64,000 nucleotides of DNA from an uncultured Gammaproteobacteria bacterium (lineage in GTDB: Bacteria > Pseudomonadota > Gammaproteobacteria > DRLM01): positions 256,001-320,000 of the forward strand of contig CAVSNY010000003.1 in NCBI GenBank assembly GCA_963729605.1, given 5' to 3'. Made by a program: the position numbers and the translations under genes. The notes under the pieces were generated by a model. That model saw only the letters and a program-made list of their open reading frames with translations, had not been told where the DNA came from and made no database searches. Every line of letters begins with the position of its first letter. Position 1 is the first letter of the stretch. Below, in pieces: positions 43,057 through 54,239 of the stretch.

Positions 43057-43769
43057 GCCGAATTATCCGCCGCCGCGGTCCGCCACGGCGCGGACCGGGG
43101 TTCCTGATCGCACCATTGATCGAGTTGGGCGATAAACTCGCGGCGCGGGATGAGGGTGGCGCCGAAGCGGGTGAGATGTTGGGAGACGACTTGGCAATCG
43201 ATGAGTCGATAGCCGCACGCCCGCAATTGGGTGACGGCCTGGGCAAAGGCCACTTTGGAGGCGTCGCGGCGCCGGCTGAACATGGATTCGCCGAAGAATA
43301 CCCGGCCGATCGCCACCCCATACAGCCCGCCCACTAATAGCCCTCGATGCCAAGTCTCGATCGAATGGGCATGACCCAGCCGGTGCAATTGGCAATAGGC
43401 CTCGATCATCTCCTCGGTCAACCAAGTCCCCAAGCCATCGGCGCGCGGCAGGGCGCACTGGCGAATGACCTCGGCGAAGGCTTGATCGAAGCTCACGGTG
43501 TAGTCGCCTTTGCGCAGCGTCTTGGCCAGACTGCGTGAGATGTGCAACGCCTCCGGATAAAGTACCGCCCGCGGGTCCGGCGACCACCAGAGTATCGGCT
43601 GGCCCGCGCTGTACCAGGGAAAGATGCCGAGTCGGTAGGCGTTGAGTAGACGCTGCGGGCTGAGATGGCCGCCCGCCGCGAGCAAGCCGTCGGGTTCGCT
43701 GAGGGCGAGCGCCACGTCGGGAAAGGCGACGTCGTCGTCCCGCGGGTCCAGCCAGCAGAGCTTGGTCAC
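43053..43769 (-). CDS. aat: Leucyl/phenylalanyl-tRNA protein transferase
   Basis: GLLAAGG, AY..GIFPW, WWSPDPR, GGLYG, FFGESMFS and ASK motifs. Confidence 0.95.
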   Translation of the reverse strand: MTKLCWLDPRDDDVAFPDVALALSEPDGLLAAGGHLSPQRLLNAYRLGIFPWYSAGQPILWWSPDPRAVLYPEALHISRSLAKTLRKGDYTVSFDQAFAEVIRQCALPRADGLGTWLTEEMIEAYCQLHRLGHAHSIETWHRGLLVGGLYGVAIGRVFFGESMFSRRRDASKVAFAQAVTQLRACGYRLIDCQVVSQHLTRFGATLIPRREFIAQLDQWCDQEPRSAPWRTAAADNSA

Positions 43770-44938
43770 GGCTTTGCCGCTCCAGCGGCCAAGGGGGTGG
43801 AATCCGTCTCCATTTTAAAAGGGAGGTGCGCGCTCAACGCTTCGCGATGACAGGCCATGAGACCGCGTTCCTCGTTGAGAAAGCGAATCACGGCGCCGTG
43901 AAAGCGCGGGTCCAGCATCCAATGGGCGGAATAGGTGAAGGTGGGCGTGAAGCCGCGGCTGATTTTATGTTCGCCTTGGGCGCCAGGTTCGAAACGGCGG
44001 AGACCTTCGCGGATGCAGTATTCGATGCCGGCGTAATAACAGGTCTCGAAATGCAGGCTGTGAAACGTCTCGCTGGCGCCCCAATAACGGCCATACAAGG
44101 TGTCGTCGCTGCGAAAGCTGAGGGCCGCCGCGACATATTCGCCTTGATGGCACGCCAGGACCATCAGCAGTTGTTCCGGCATGGACGCGCCGATCTCTTC
44201 GAAGAAGCCGGGGCTGAGCGGCACCATGCCGCTTTTCTCCAGAAAAGTGCTGCGGTAAAACCGGTAAAACGCTCGCCATTCCCGGGCACCCAATTCGGTT
44301 CCCGACAATGTCCGCAATTCGATGCCGGCCTCACGCACCCGGCGCCGTTCCCGTTTTACTTTCTTGCGCTTTTCGGCCGTGAACCGGCCGAGGTAATCGT
44401 CTAAATCGGCGTAGCCTTGATTGTGCCAATGGTATTGGCAACCCAGCCGTCGTTCAAAGCCGTGGGTTTCCAGCGCCGCGGTCTGGTCTGCGCTGGTGAA
44501 CAACCAATGCAAAGACGAAACGTTCAGTTCCGCGGCTAAGGTTTTTGCCTTTTCAATCAGGGCGTGGTCCACGGCCTGGGCTTGGGCCGTGTCACCCAAA
44601 AGTATCCGGGGGCCGGTGCAGGGGGTGTAGGGGATGGCCGCCACCAGTTTTGGATAATAGTCCTCGCCGTGATGCGCATAGGCCTGCGCCCATGCCCAAT
44701 CGAAGACGAATTCGCCCCAGGAGTGAGATTTGAGGTAAAGTGGAAGCGCCCCGATTAATGCCGTGTCATCCCAGGCCAGCAGATAGCGCGGCGTCCAGCC
44801 GCTGTGGCCGCCCACCGCGCCATGCCGTTCCAAGGCACTGAGGAATTCATGGCGGACAAACGGGTAGCCGCCGGTCGGAAAACGGTTCCAGGCGCGGGCC
44901 TCAATCTCACTCAATTGTTCCGCGATGGTGATGTGCAT
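43766..44938 (-). CDS. FemAB-like GNAT protein (DUF482)
   Basis: YLKSHSWGEFVFDWAWA, YYPKL, YGRYWG, LHFETCYY and GAQGEHK..RGF motifs. Confidence 0.88.
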   Translation of the reverse strand: MHITIAEQLSEIEARAWNRFPTGGYPFVRHEFLSALERHGAVGGHSGWTPRYLLAWDDTALIGALPLYLKSHSWGEFVFDWAWAQAYAHHGEDYYPKLVAAIPYTPCTGPRILLGDTAQAQAVDHALIEKAKTLAAELNVSSLHWLFTSADQTAALETHGFERRLGCQYHWHNQGYADLDDYLGRFTAEKRKKVKRERRRVREAGIELRTLSGTELGAREWRAFYRFYRSTFLEKSGMVPLSPGFFEEIGASMPEQLLMVLACHQGEYVAAALSFRSDDTLYGRYWGASETFHSLHFETCYYAGIEYCIREGLRRFEPGAQGEHKISRGFTPTFTYSAHWMLDPRFHGAVIRFLNEERGLMACHREALSAHLPFKMETDSTPLAAGAAKP

Positions 44939-45040
44939 GCGGGCATTTTAACGAATCGTGGGTGGCTGCGGTTGGTTAAATATAAACCGGGTTTGGCACG
45001 GCCTGTGGCGTTTGCATTTCAATGACAAGCTCTCTCTCAA

Positions 45041-45874
45041 ATGGAGCGGACCATGCACTATCCGGCGCAAACATTCATCACTCTAGTCGTATTGTGGCTC
45101 ATGCCGGGGGCGGTTTCTGCCACCGCGGCGTTGAGTGCCGATGAAATCATCAATAAGGCCTACCGCGTCGACGGCGGACGCGATGGTATTTCCCGGCTGA
45201 CTTTCACCTTCCAAAAACCCGACACCTCGGAAAAGAAGCTGACCTTCAGCATGGTATGGAAGGCGTATGGCGATGAAGACGACATCGACAGCAAGATTCT
45301 CTTTTTCAGCGAATTCCCGCCCGACGAACGCGGCAAGTCCTTCATGGCCTGGGTTTATAAAGACCGCATGGACGATCACTGGGTTTATTTGCCCGAACTG
45401 CGCATGGTGCGCAAGGTCAGCCATGGCGCCCATATGAGTAAACACGATGACGATGATTTCGCCCTCTCGGTGTTGACCCGCGGTGATTTGGTGCCGAGAA
45501 AACCGGAAGTCGATCGCCATACCTTGCTTGGCGAAGAAGAACTCAAGGGCCGCCCTTATTACGTGGTGGAAAGCCGCCCCAAACAGACCAGTGAGGAATA
45601 TCCTTATCAACGAGTTCGGCGCTGGATATCCAAGCAGGACTTTCTCATCGAACGCATCGATTATTACGGCAGCGGCGCCACGCCGGAAAAACAACAAGAG
45701 ATAACCTGGGAGCGTCGCGACAAGGTCTGGGTATGGACCCGCGTATTGGGCGTCCAAGCGAAAAGCGGGGCGCGTACCTTGCTGGAGATCAGCGATATCC
45801 GGGTCAATCTCGGTTTAAAGGACGACGTCTTTTCGGCGCGCAGTCTGCGGCTTGGGGTCGAGTCGGTGCGGTGA
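45041..45874 (+). CDS. Outer-membrane lipoprotein-sorting (LolA-like) protein
   Basis: Signal peptide; PPDERG..F..DDHWVYLPELR.VRK and N.GL.D.VF motifs. Confidence 0.7.
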   Translation: MERTMHYPAQTFITLVVLWLMPGAVSATAALSADEIINKAYRVDGGRDGISRLTFTFQKPDTSEKKLTFSMVWKAYGDEDDIDSKILFFSEFPPDERGKSFMAWVYKDRMDDHWVYLPELRMVRKVSHGAHMSKHDDDDFALSVLTRGDLVPRKPEVDRHTLLGEEELKGRPYYVVESRPKQTSEEYPYQRVRRWISKQDFLIERIDYYGSGATPEKQQEITWERRDKVWVWTRVLGVQAKSGARTLLEISDIRVNLGLKDDVFSARSLRLGVESVR

Positions 45875-45999
45875 ACCCGGCTGGCGCGGCAGGCGGGCTT
45901 CAAAGTTCAAGCCAAGGTTGGCCTAAGCGCTTACAAATGGGTTACAATCGCGCGCCGCGGGTCAATTCAGAAAGCTCTAAGGTGTTGATCCCAAAGTCC

Positions 46000-46087
46000 G
46001 GAGAGGTGGCTGAGCGGTCGAAAGCGGCGGTCTTGAAAACCGTTGAGGCGCAAGCCTCCGGGGGTTCGAATCCCTCCCTCTCCGCCA
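46000..46087 (+). tRNA. tRNA-Ser (anticodon TGA)
   Basis: GGAGAGG acceptor stem, CT-TGA-AA loop, long variable arm, GGTTCGAATCC and CCA end. Confidence 0.95.
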
Positions 46088-46139
46088 TAAACACTTTGGA
46101 AACACCGTGCTTGGTCACGCGATAACATTTCTTTCACCC

Positions 46140-47084
46140 ATGCTCGATTCACCGCCCGTCATCTTCATCATGGGTCCCACCGCGTCCGGCAAGACCGATC
46201 TGGCCGTCGAGTTGGTGCGGCGTCTTCCCTGCGACATCATCAGCGTCGATTCCGCCATGGTGTATCGCGGCATGGACATCGGGACCGCCAAACCGGGCCC
46301 GGATATCTTGGCGCAGGCCCCGCATCGGCTCATCGACATTCTCGATCCCGCCGTCGCGTATTCCGCCGCGCAATTTCGCGCCGATGCCCTCCGTGAGATA
46401 GAGGCTATCCATGCCGCCGGGCGCATTCCCTTGCTGGTGGGCGGAACCATGTTGTACTTCCGCGCGCTCCAGCATGGTTTGTCGGCGCTGCCCTCGGCCG
46501 ACGCCGAGGTGCGCGAGGCTATCGACGCCGAGGCGCGGGAGCGGGGCTGGGGCGTGCTGCATCAACGCCTGGCGCAAATCGATCCCGCCGCCGCCGCACG
46601 CATCCATCCCAACGATCCGCAACGCATACAGCGCGCGCTGGAAGTGCATCAACTGACCGGCCGGCCTTTGTCCTCATTTTTTACCGGCCAGGTCACCTCC
46701 ATGCCGGCTTTGCGCGGGACTCTCATCAAAGTGGTGATGGCGCCCGGCGACCGGTCGCTCATGCGGCGACGTATCGAGACCCGTTTTAATCAAATGTTGG
46801 AGAGGGGCTTGATTCGGGAAGTCGAGGCCCTATATCAGAGGGGAGATTTGGAGAGGGAGCTGCCGTCCATACGTTCGGTCGGATATCGACAAGTATGGGA
46901 GTATTTGTCCGACGAGCTTTCTTATTCGGCCATGGTGGAACGGGCGACCACCGCGACGCGGCAACTAGCGAAACGCCAGTTGACTTGGTTGCGGCGGGAA
47001 GAAAGTGCGCAATGGTTTGATAGTCTGCAACCCATGGCGTTTAACAGTGCAATCGAATATATTGAAGTCGCCATGAAGACATAA
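46140..47084 (+). CDS. miaA: tRNA dimethylallyltransferase
   Basis: [47 protein letters not shown] and [11 protein letters not shown] motifs. Confidence 0.97.
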   Translation: MLDSPPVIFIMGPTASGKTDLAVELVRRLPCDIISVDSAMVYRGMDIGTAKPGPDILAQAPHRLIDILDPAVAYSAAQFRADALREIEAIHAAGRIPLLVGGTMLYFRALQHGLSALPSADAEVREAIDAEARERGWGVLHQRLAQIDPAAAARIHPNDPQRIQRALEVHQLTGRPLSSFFTGQVTSMPALRGTLIKVVMAPGDRSLMRRRIETRFNQMLERGLIREVEALYQRGDLERELPSIRSVGYRQVWEYLSDELSYSAMVERATTATRQLAKRQLTWLRREESAQWFDSLQPMAFNSAIEYIEVAMKT

Positions 47085-47169
47085 ACAGGGAATATGCTAA
47101 TCTTGTTAACGAGCCCTCCTTAATCCAGGGGATAAGCGGGGGACCAATAAGGAAATAAGGAGAAAGAGT

Positions 47170-47424
47170 ATGAGCAAGGGGCAATCCCTCCAAGACCCTT
47201 TTTTGAATACATTGCGCAAGGAGAAGATTCCCGTTTCCATCTATTTGGTGAATGGCATCAAGCTGCAGGGGCAAGTGGAGTCATTCGATCAATTCGCGGT
47301 GTTGTTGAAAAACAGTGTAAGTCAGATGGTTTATAAACATGCCATTTCCACCGTGGTACCCTCACGGCCGGTGAAAATGACGTTTTCGGAAGAGGATACG
47401 TCGTCGGGACCGGGTAACGCCTAG
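47170..47424 (+). CDS. hfq: RNA chaperone Hfq
   Basis: [32 protein letters not shown]. Confidence 0.98.
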   Translation: MSKGQSLQDPFLNTLRKEKIPVSIYLVNGIKLQGQVESFDQFAVLLKNSVSQMVYKHAISTVVPSRPVKMTFSEEDTSSGPGNA

Positions 47425-47448
47425 TATTCAGGAGCAATCAGAAGTCAC

Positions 47449-48792
47449 GTGCATTTTATTGAGCGCCCTCGGGGGGGTGAACGAGCTGTCCTGGTCCATG
47501 TGGATTTCAACGCCGCGGACGCCCAGGAGGATTTTCAAGAATTTTACGAACTCGTCCACTCCGCGGGGGCGCTATCCGTGGCCGTGGTGCGTGGCGCGCG
47601 CCAGGCCCCGGATTCTAAATATTTCGTAGGCAGCGGCAAGGCCGAAGAGATACGCGTGCAAGTGGAACAGGCCGGGGCGGAAGTGGTGATATTCAATCAC
47701 AGTCTGACGCCTGGGCAGCAACGCAATATAGAGCAGTTGGTGAAGTGCCAAGTCTTGGATCGCACCGGCTTGATTCTCGATATTTTCGCGCAGCGGGCCA
47801 CTTCCTTCGAAGGCAAGCTGCAAGTGGAACTGGCGCAATTGCGTCATTTGTCCACCCGTCTGGTGCGAGGTTGGACCCATTTGGAACGGCAAAAAGGCGG
47901 TATCGGCTTACGCGGTCCCGGTGAAACTCAGTTGGAAACCGACCGTCGCTTGATCAAGCAGCGCATCGATCAACTCAACAAACGTTTGGAAAAGGTCCAG
48001 CGGCAGCGGGATGAACGGCGTCGTTCCCGTGATCGTTCGCGCATGGATACGGTTTCACTGGTGGGTTATACCAACGCCGGCAAATCCACTTTGTTCAATA
48101 CGCTCACCGGAGCGGAAGTGCATGCCGCCGATCAATTGTTCGCCACCCTCGATCCGACCTTGCGCCGCCTCGAGTTGCCCGGACGGGACGCCGCCATCCT
48201 GGCCGACACCGTGGGTTTCATCCGCCATCTGCCCCATAATCTAGTGGCCGCCTTTCGCGGCACCTTGGATGAAACCCGCGAAGCCGGTCTGTTGCTGCAC
48301 GTCATCGATGCCCGCGAGCATGAACGCCAATCGCGTATCGATCAGGTCAATCACGTTTTGGCGGAAATCGGCGCCGATGTCGTGCCGCAGATCCAGGTGT
48401 TCAATAAAATTGATTTACTCAACGACGGTGTCCCCAGAATGGATCGCGATGCGGAAGGTTGCGTGCAGCGGGTATGGGTGTCGGCCCTCACCGGCGCCGG
48501 CATGGAATTACTGCGGGAGGCGGTGGCGGAGCGCTTGCATCAATTGCGCGCCGCGCCTGGCGCGGCCCAAGGTATCCGCAAACTGAAAGAACGGGTGTAC
48601 ATCGCACCGCAGGCGGGTAAACTGCGGGCACGGCTGTTCGAGCAGGGCGTCGTCAGCGGCGAAGAGCCCAGTGAAGCGGGTGGCTGGGTGTTGACGCTGG
48701 AGTTGTGGAGCGATGAATTGGATGCCCTGACTCGGGACGAAGGCTGTCAACTGCTGACGGATTATCCGCTCGACGCCGTCAGCAACGGCTAG
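47449..48792 (+). CDS. hflX: GTPase HflX
   Basis: RGPGETQLETDRR, GYTNAGKST, FATLDPT, DTVGFI and NKID motifs. Confidence 0.97.
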   Translation: MHFIERPRGGERAVLVHVDFNAADAQEDFQEFYELVHSAGALSVAVVRGARQAPDSKYFVGSGKAEEIRVQVEQAGAEVVIFNHSLTPGQQRNIEQLVKCQVLDRTGLILDIFAQRATSFEGKLQVELAQLRHLSTRLVRGWTHLERQKGGIGLRGPGETQLETDRRLIKQRIDQLNKRLEKVQRQRDERRRSRDRSRMDTVSLVGYTNAGKSTLFNTLTGAEVHAADQLFATLDPTLRRLELPGRDAAILADTVGFIRHLPHNLVAAFRGTLDETREAGLLLHVIDAREHERQSRIDQVNHVLAEIGADVVPQIQVFNKIDLLNDGVPRMDRDAEGCVQRVWVSALTGAGMELLREAVAERLHQLRAAPGAAQGIRKLKERVYIAPQAGKLRARLFEQGVVSGEEPSEAGGWVLTLELWSDELDALTRDEGCQLLTDYPLDAVSNG

Positions 48793-48873
48793 CCGGTTGC
48801 GCATTCCTGTCCGACGCACCTACAATGGCCCCCTTTATGAATATTGATTATTCAAGCACTAACGGAGTCGCAA

Positions 48874-50082
48874 ATGGCCTGGAATGAACCGGGTGGGTCG
48901 CAAGATAAAGACCCCTGGGGTGGACGGCGTAAAAATCAAGGTCCTCCGGACTTGGACGAGGTGATCCGCAAGTTTCAGAAAAAGCTGGCGGGTATTTTCG
49001 GAGGCAAGGGTGGCGGTAATGGTGGCGATGCCGGCGGTACCGGCGGCGGCAATACCGCCTCGGCCGGTGCCGTGGTCATCATCGCCGCGGCGATCGTCGT
49101 CTGGCTGGCCTATGATTCCATCCACTTCATCCAACCCGCTGAACGGGGTGTGGTGCTGCGTTTCGGAAAATACGTGGATACGCTCCAGCCGGGTCCCAGC
49201 ATCCGCTTGCCGAGGCCGATTGAAAGGGTCGTGCGCGTCGATGTGGACCAGATTCGCACGGTGGAAATCGGTTATCGAGGCGAAGGCGGCCGCCAGGGTG
49301 TGACGGTGGCCAACGAAGCGCTGATGCTGACTCGGGATGAAAATATCGTCGATATCAAATTGGCGGTACAATACAAAGTCAAATCCCCGGATGATTATTT
49401 ATTCTTCGATCGCGATCCCGACATCACCATGCGTAAAGCCACCGAGAGCGCCATCCGCGAGACCGTCGGTAAAAGCGAGATGGACTTCATCTTGAAGGAA
49501 GGACGCAGCGAAGTGGCGGCCCGCACCAAGGATTCCCTGCAGGCGACGCTGGATCGTTATAACACCGGGCTAATTGTCACCAGTGTCAATATTCAAGACG
49601 CCCAGCCGCCCGAGCAGGTGCAGGAGGCCTTTCTCGACGCCATCCGCGCCCGCGAGGATCAAGAGCGTTTGATCAATGAAGCGGAGGCCTACGCCAACGA
49701 GGTGATCCCCAAGGCGCGCGGTGAAGCGGCCCGTCTGGTCGAAGACGCCAACGCCTACAAGGCCCGGGTCACCGCCTCCGCGGAAGGTGAAGCCAACCGT
49801 TTCCTGCAAGTGTTGCGTGAATATCAGAAGGCGCCGGAAGTGACGCGGGAACGTCTGTATATCGAATCCTTGGAGAGCGTATTGCAAAACTCCAGCAAGA
49901 TAATGGTGGATGTCCAGAAGGGCAGCAATCTGCTTTATCTGCCTCTCGATAAACTGATCCAACGGCCGTCCGAAGAAGGAGGGGCCGCCCCTAACTCGAT
50001 GCCCGCACCGCCGCGCGCCACCGCGCCCGCCGTGCAATCGGACACCCAGCGCAGTACCAACCGCAGCCGGGAGATACGCTGA
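48874..50082 (+). CDS. hflK: FtsH modulator HflK
   Basis: MAWNEPG..GPPDLDE, SPFH domain and APEVTRERLY motif. Confidence 0.96.
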   Translation: MAWNEPGGSQDKDPWGGRRKNQGPPDLDEVIRKFQKKLAGIFGGKGGGNGGDAGGTGGGNTASAGAVVIIAAAIVVWLAYDSIHFIQPAERGVVLRFGKYVDTLQPGPSIRLPRPIERVVRVDVDQIRTVEIGYRGEGGRQGVTVANEALMLTRDENIVDIKLAVQYKVKSPDDYLFFDRDPDITMRKATESAIRETVGKSEMDFILKEGRSEVAARTKDSLQATLDRYNTGLIVTSVNIQDAQPPEQVQEAFLDAIRAREDQERLINEAEAYANEVIPKARGEAARLVEDANAYKARVTASAEGEANRFLQVLREYQKAPEVTRERLYIESLESVLQNSSKIMVDVQKGSNLLYLPLDKLIQRPSEEGGAAPNSMPAPPRATAPAVQSDTQRSTNRSREIR

Positions 50083-50960
50083 TGAACCAAAATCAAAAAA
50101 TGCTCGGGCTAGTCATATTGCTGGGCGTACTGATCCTGGGTTCGTTCTCCATTTTCACGGTGAATGAGACCCAACGGGCCATACTGTTCCGGCTGGGCGA
50201 GATCGTGCGCACCGATTATGAACCGGGTCTCCATTTGAAGATCCCCTTCGTCAATAACGTGCGCACCTTCGAAAAACGCATCATGACCTTGGACGTGGAG
50301 CCGGAACGTTATCTGACCAGCGAAAAGAAAAACGTCATCGCCGATGCCTTCGTCAAATGGCGCATCGAAGACGTAGCGCGTTTCTACACCTCGGTGCGTG
50401 GCGACGAGGCGCAAGGCGCGCTGCGTTTGTCGCAGATCATCAAGGACAGCCTGCGCGGCGAATTCGGTAAACGTTCCATACAAGATGTGATCTCCGGCGA
50501 GCGCGAGCAGATCATGAATCTGGTCACCGTCAGTGCGAGCAGACAGGCCCAGGAGTTCGGCATCAGCATTATCGACGTGCGACTCAAGCGCATCGATTTG
50601 CCGGCCGACGTCAGCGACTCGGTGTTCCGCCGCATGGAGGCGGAGCGTTCGCGGGTGGCGCGAGAGTGGCGTTCGCAGGGCGCCGAATCCGCCGAGCGGA
50701 TCCGCGCCGATGCCGACCGCCGCCGCACGGAGATCGTCGCGGAGGCCTACCGCGAATCGCAGACCGTGCGCGGTAGCGGTGATGGGGCGGCCTCGGAAAT
50801 CTATGCCAAAGCCTTTGATAGAAATAAAGAGTTTTATTCTTTCTATCGGAGCCTGGAGGCGTATCGGAACACATTCAACAGCCAGAATGATCTCCTGGTG
50901 GTCGACCCCAACGCGGACTTTTTCAAGTATTTCAAGGATGCCGACGCCCGCCGGAAATAA
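50082..50960 (+). CDS. hflC: FtsH modulator HflC
   Basis: PGLHLKIPF, RMEAER and FYSFYRSLEAY motifs. Confidence 0.96.
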   Translation: MNQNQKMLGLVILLGVLILGSFSIFTVNETQRAILFRLGEIVRTDYEPGLHLKIPFVNNVRTFEKRIMTLDVEPERYLTSEKKNVIADAFVKWRIEDVARFYTSVRGDEAQGALRLSQIIKDSLRGEFGKRSIQDVISGEREQIMNLVTVSASRQAQEFGISIIDVRLKRIDLPADVSDSVFRRMEAERSRVAREWRSQGAESAERIRADADRRRTEIVAEAYRESQTVRGSGDGAASEIYAKAFDRNKEFYSFYRSLEAYRNTFNSQNDLLVVDPNADFFKYFKDADARRK

Positions 50961-51126
50961 TCCCCGTGCCGGCGAGACAGGGTACGGCAGTATAAATCGT
51001 GTATAATTTCCGCCGCTTTAAGGCCGGCGAGGGTCGCGGTGCCCACGGGTACCGTCGCCCTCGCCGAGGCGCCTTATTGCCAGTCGGGACCGGCCAGGCA
51101 AGACGATGTAGAGTGAACCGCGCGGC

Positions 51127-51312
51127 ATGTGGCACGAGCTCTTAATTGGACTGGCCTTGATGTTGGTCATTGAGGGCGTAGTACCGTTCCTCAGTCCTGC
51201 CGTCATGCGCCAAGCCTTGTCGACCATGGCGCAAATGGATGACCGATCCCTGCGCCTGTCCGGGCTGCTGAGCATGGTGATCGGGGTGGTCTTGCTTTAT
51301 TTGCTGCGTTAA
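51127..51312 (+). CDS. DUF2065 (YjeT-like) small membrane protein
   Basis: ALMLVIEG..PF..P..LR..GL pattern; position between hflC and purA. Confidence 0.85.
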   Translation: MWHELLIGLALMLVIEGVVPFLSPAVMRQALSTMAQMDDRSLRLSGLLSMVIGVVLLYLLR

Positions 51313-51328
51313 AACGTCGGCGCAAGGT

Positions 51329-52573
51329 GTGCGGAACGTGAAAAAAAATGGAAAAACTTCTAGCGCGACGACATCAGCGACCGATCCGTTTATCGCGCAC
51401 GATGACCGTTGGCTGCTACCCGAAGGTATCGAAGAATTATTGCCCGACCAGGCCGAGCGCCTGGAGCGGCTGCGCCGCCAATTGCTGGATCTGTTCGCCG
51501 GTTGGGGCTACCGCATCGTCATTCCGCCGATCATCGAACACCTCGAATCGCTGTTGGTGGGCACCGGCCGCGATCTGGAGTTGCAGACCTTCAAACTCAC
51601 CGATCAGCTGACCGGCCGTCTGCTCGGCGTGCGGGCCGACATGACGCCGCAAGTCGCACGGATCGACGCCCACCGGCTGAAGACCACCGCGCCCTCGCGC
51701 TTGTGTTACGTGGGCCCGGTGTTGCACACACGGCCGCAGGGCTTCGCCCGCACCCGCAGCCCGTTTCAAGTCGGCGCGGAATTGTACGGCCACGGTGGCA
51801 TCGAGAGCGACGTCGAGATCCTCGCGCTGATGGTGGCCACTTTGTCCACGGTCGGTCTGCATCAGCCTCACATCGATCTCGGCCACGTCGGGGTGTTCCG
51901 CGGTCTGGCGCGGGAAGCCGGCCTCAGCGACGAGCAAGAACAAGTATTGTTCGACGCCCTGCAACGCAAGGCCAAACCCGAAATCAACGAATACGTCGAG
52001 GCCTTGGCCATCGAACCCGCTTATCGCCGCATGTTCTCCGCCTTGGTGGATTTGAACGGCGGCGGTGAAGTCATGGAAGAGGCGCGCGACCGTTTGCGAG
52101 AGGGTGGACGGGCCGTGCAGCGGGCCTTGGACAATTTGCAGCAGATCGCCGCGGCGGCCCAGGCCCGCATGCCGGCGATCGGCCTGCACTTCGACCTCGC
52201 CGAACTGCGCGGCTATCACTATCAAACCGGCGTGGTGTTCGCGGCCTTCGTCCCCGGCCACGGCCAGGAGATCGCCCGCGGCGGGCGTTACGACGACATC
52301 GGCCGCGCCTTCGGCGGCGCGCGGCCGGCCACCGGTTTCAGCACCGATTTGGAAACACTCATTCTGCTCAGCCGCAATCACAGCCCGCGCACCGGCGGTA
52401 TCTTCGCGCCCTGCGCCGACGACGCGGCGCTCGCCGCGCTGGTGGCCGGTCTGCGCGAGCAAGGCCAGCGCGTCTGCATGGCCTTGCCGGATCAGCAGGG
52501 CGGGGCGCGGGAAGTGGGTTGCGACCGGATCATCGAGCAACGCGACGGCGCTTGGGTCGTCACGGCGTTATAG
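51329..52573 (+). CDS. hisZ: ATP phosphoribosyltransferase regulatory subunit (start uncertain)
   Basis: RWLLPEGIEELLP, RADMTPQVARIDAH, QVGAELYG and RGGRYD..RPATGFS motifs. Confidence 0.92.
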   Translation: MRNVKKNGKTSSATTSATDPFIAHDDRWLLPEGIEELLPDQAERLERLRRQLLDLFAGWGYRIVIPPIIEHLESLLVGTGRDLELQTFKLTDQLTGRLLGVRADMTPQVARIDAHRLKTTAPSRLCYVGPVLHTRPQGFARTRSPFQVGAELYGHGGIESDVEILALMVATLSTVGLHQPHIDLGHVGVFRGLAREAGLSDEQEQVLFDALQRKAKPEINEYVEALAIEPAYRRMFSALVDLNGGGEVMEEARDRLREGGRAVQRALDNLQQIAAAAQARMPAIGLHFDLAELRGYHYQTGVVFAAFVPGHGQEIARGGRYDDIGRAFGGARPATGFSTDLETLILLSRNHSPRTGGIFAPCADDAALAALVAGLREQGQRVCMALPDQQGGAREVGCDRIIEQRDGAWVVTAL

Positions 52574-53905
<1,332 letters not shown>

Positions 53906-53976
53906 CGGGTTTATCCGCGCCGCGGAGGGATGTTGTGATCAGCGAAAACCGATTAAGGGGATTTGAAGTTTTGAGA

Positions 53977-54063
<87 letters not shown>

Positions 54064-54122
54064 AAGGTGTATAGCAGTGCGGCCGAGCCGCGAACCCTCT
54101 AACAGGGCAAAAAGTGCCGCGA

Positions 54123-54152
54123 ACTTTAACAAGGAGGTCCGCGGCTTGTCAA
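54123..54152 (-). promoter_or_regulatory. Putative sigma70 promoter of tRNA-Leu
   Basis: TTGACA-N18-TAAAGT followed by a GC-rich discriminator. Confidence 0.5.
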
Positions 54153-54239
54153 TGATGAAACCGCGCGAATAATACATTGGCGCGGCCGCGCCCGGCCAAC
54201 CGCCGTGGCGCGCAACTATGCGAAGGATTAGTAAACATT

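Noticed and set aside
39204-44938. clpS-clpA-infA-ate-aat N-degron cluster as a novel system
   Set aside because: It is a well-known conserved proteobacterial arrangement
44993-45010. Possible sigma54 promoter TGGCACG upstream of 45041
   Set aside because: The -12 position reads GTGG rather than TTGC
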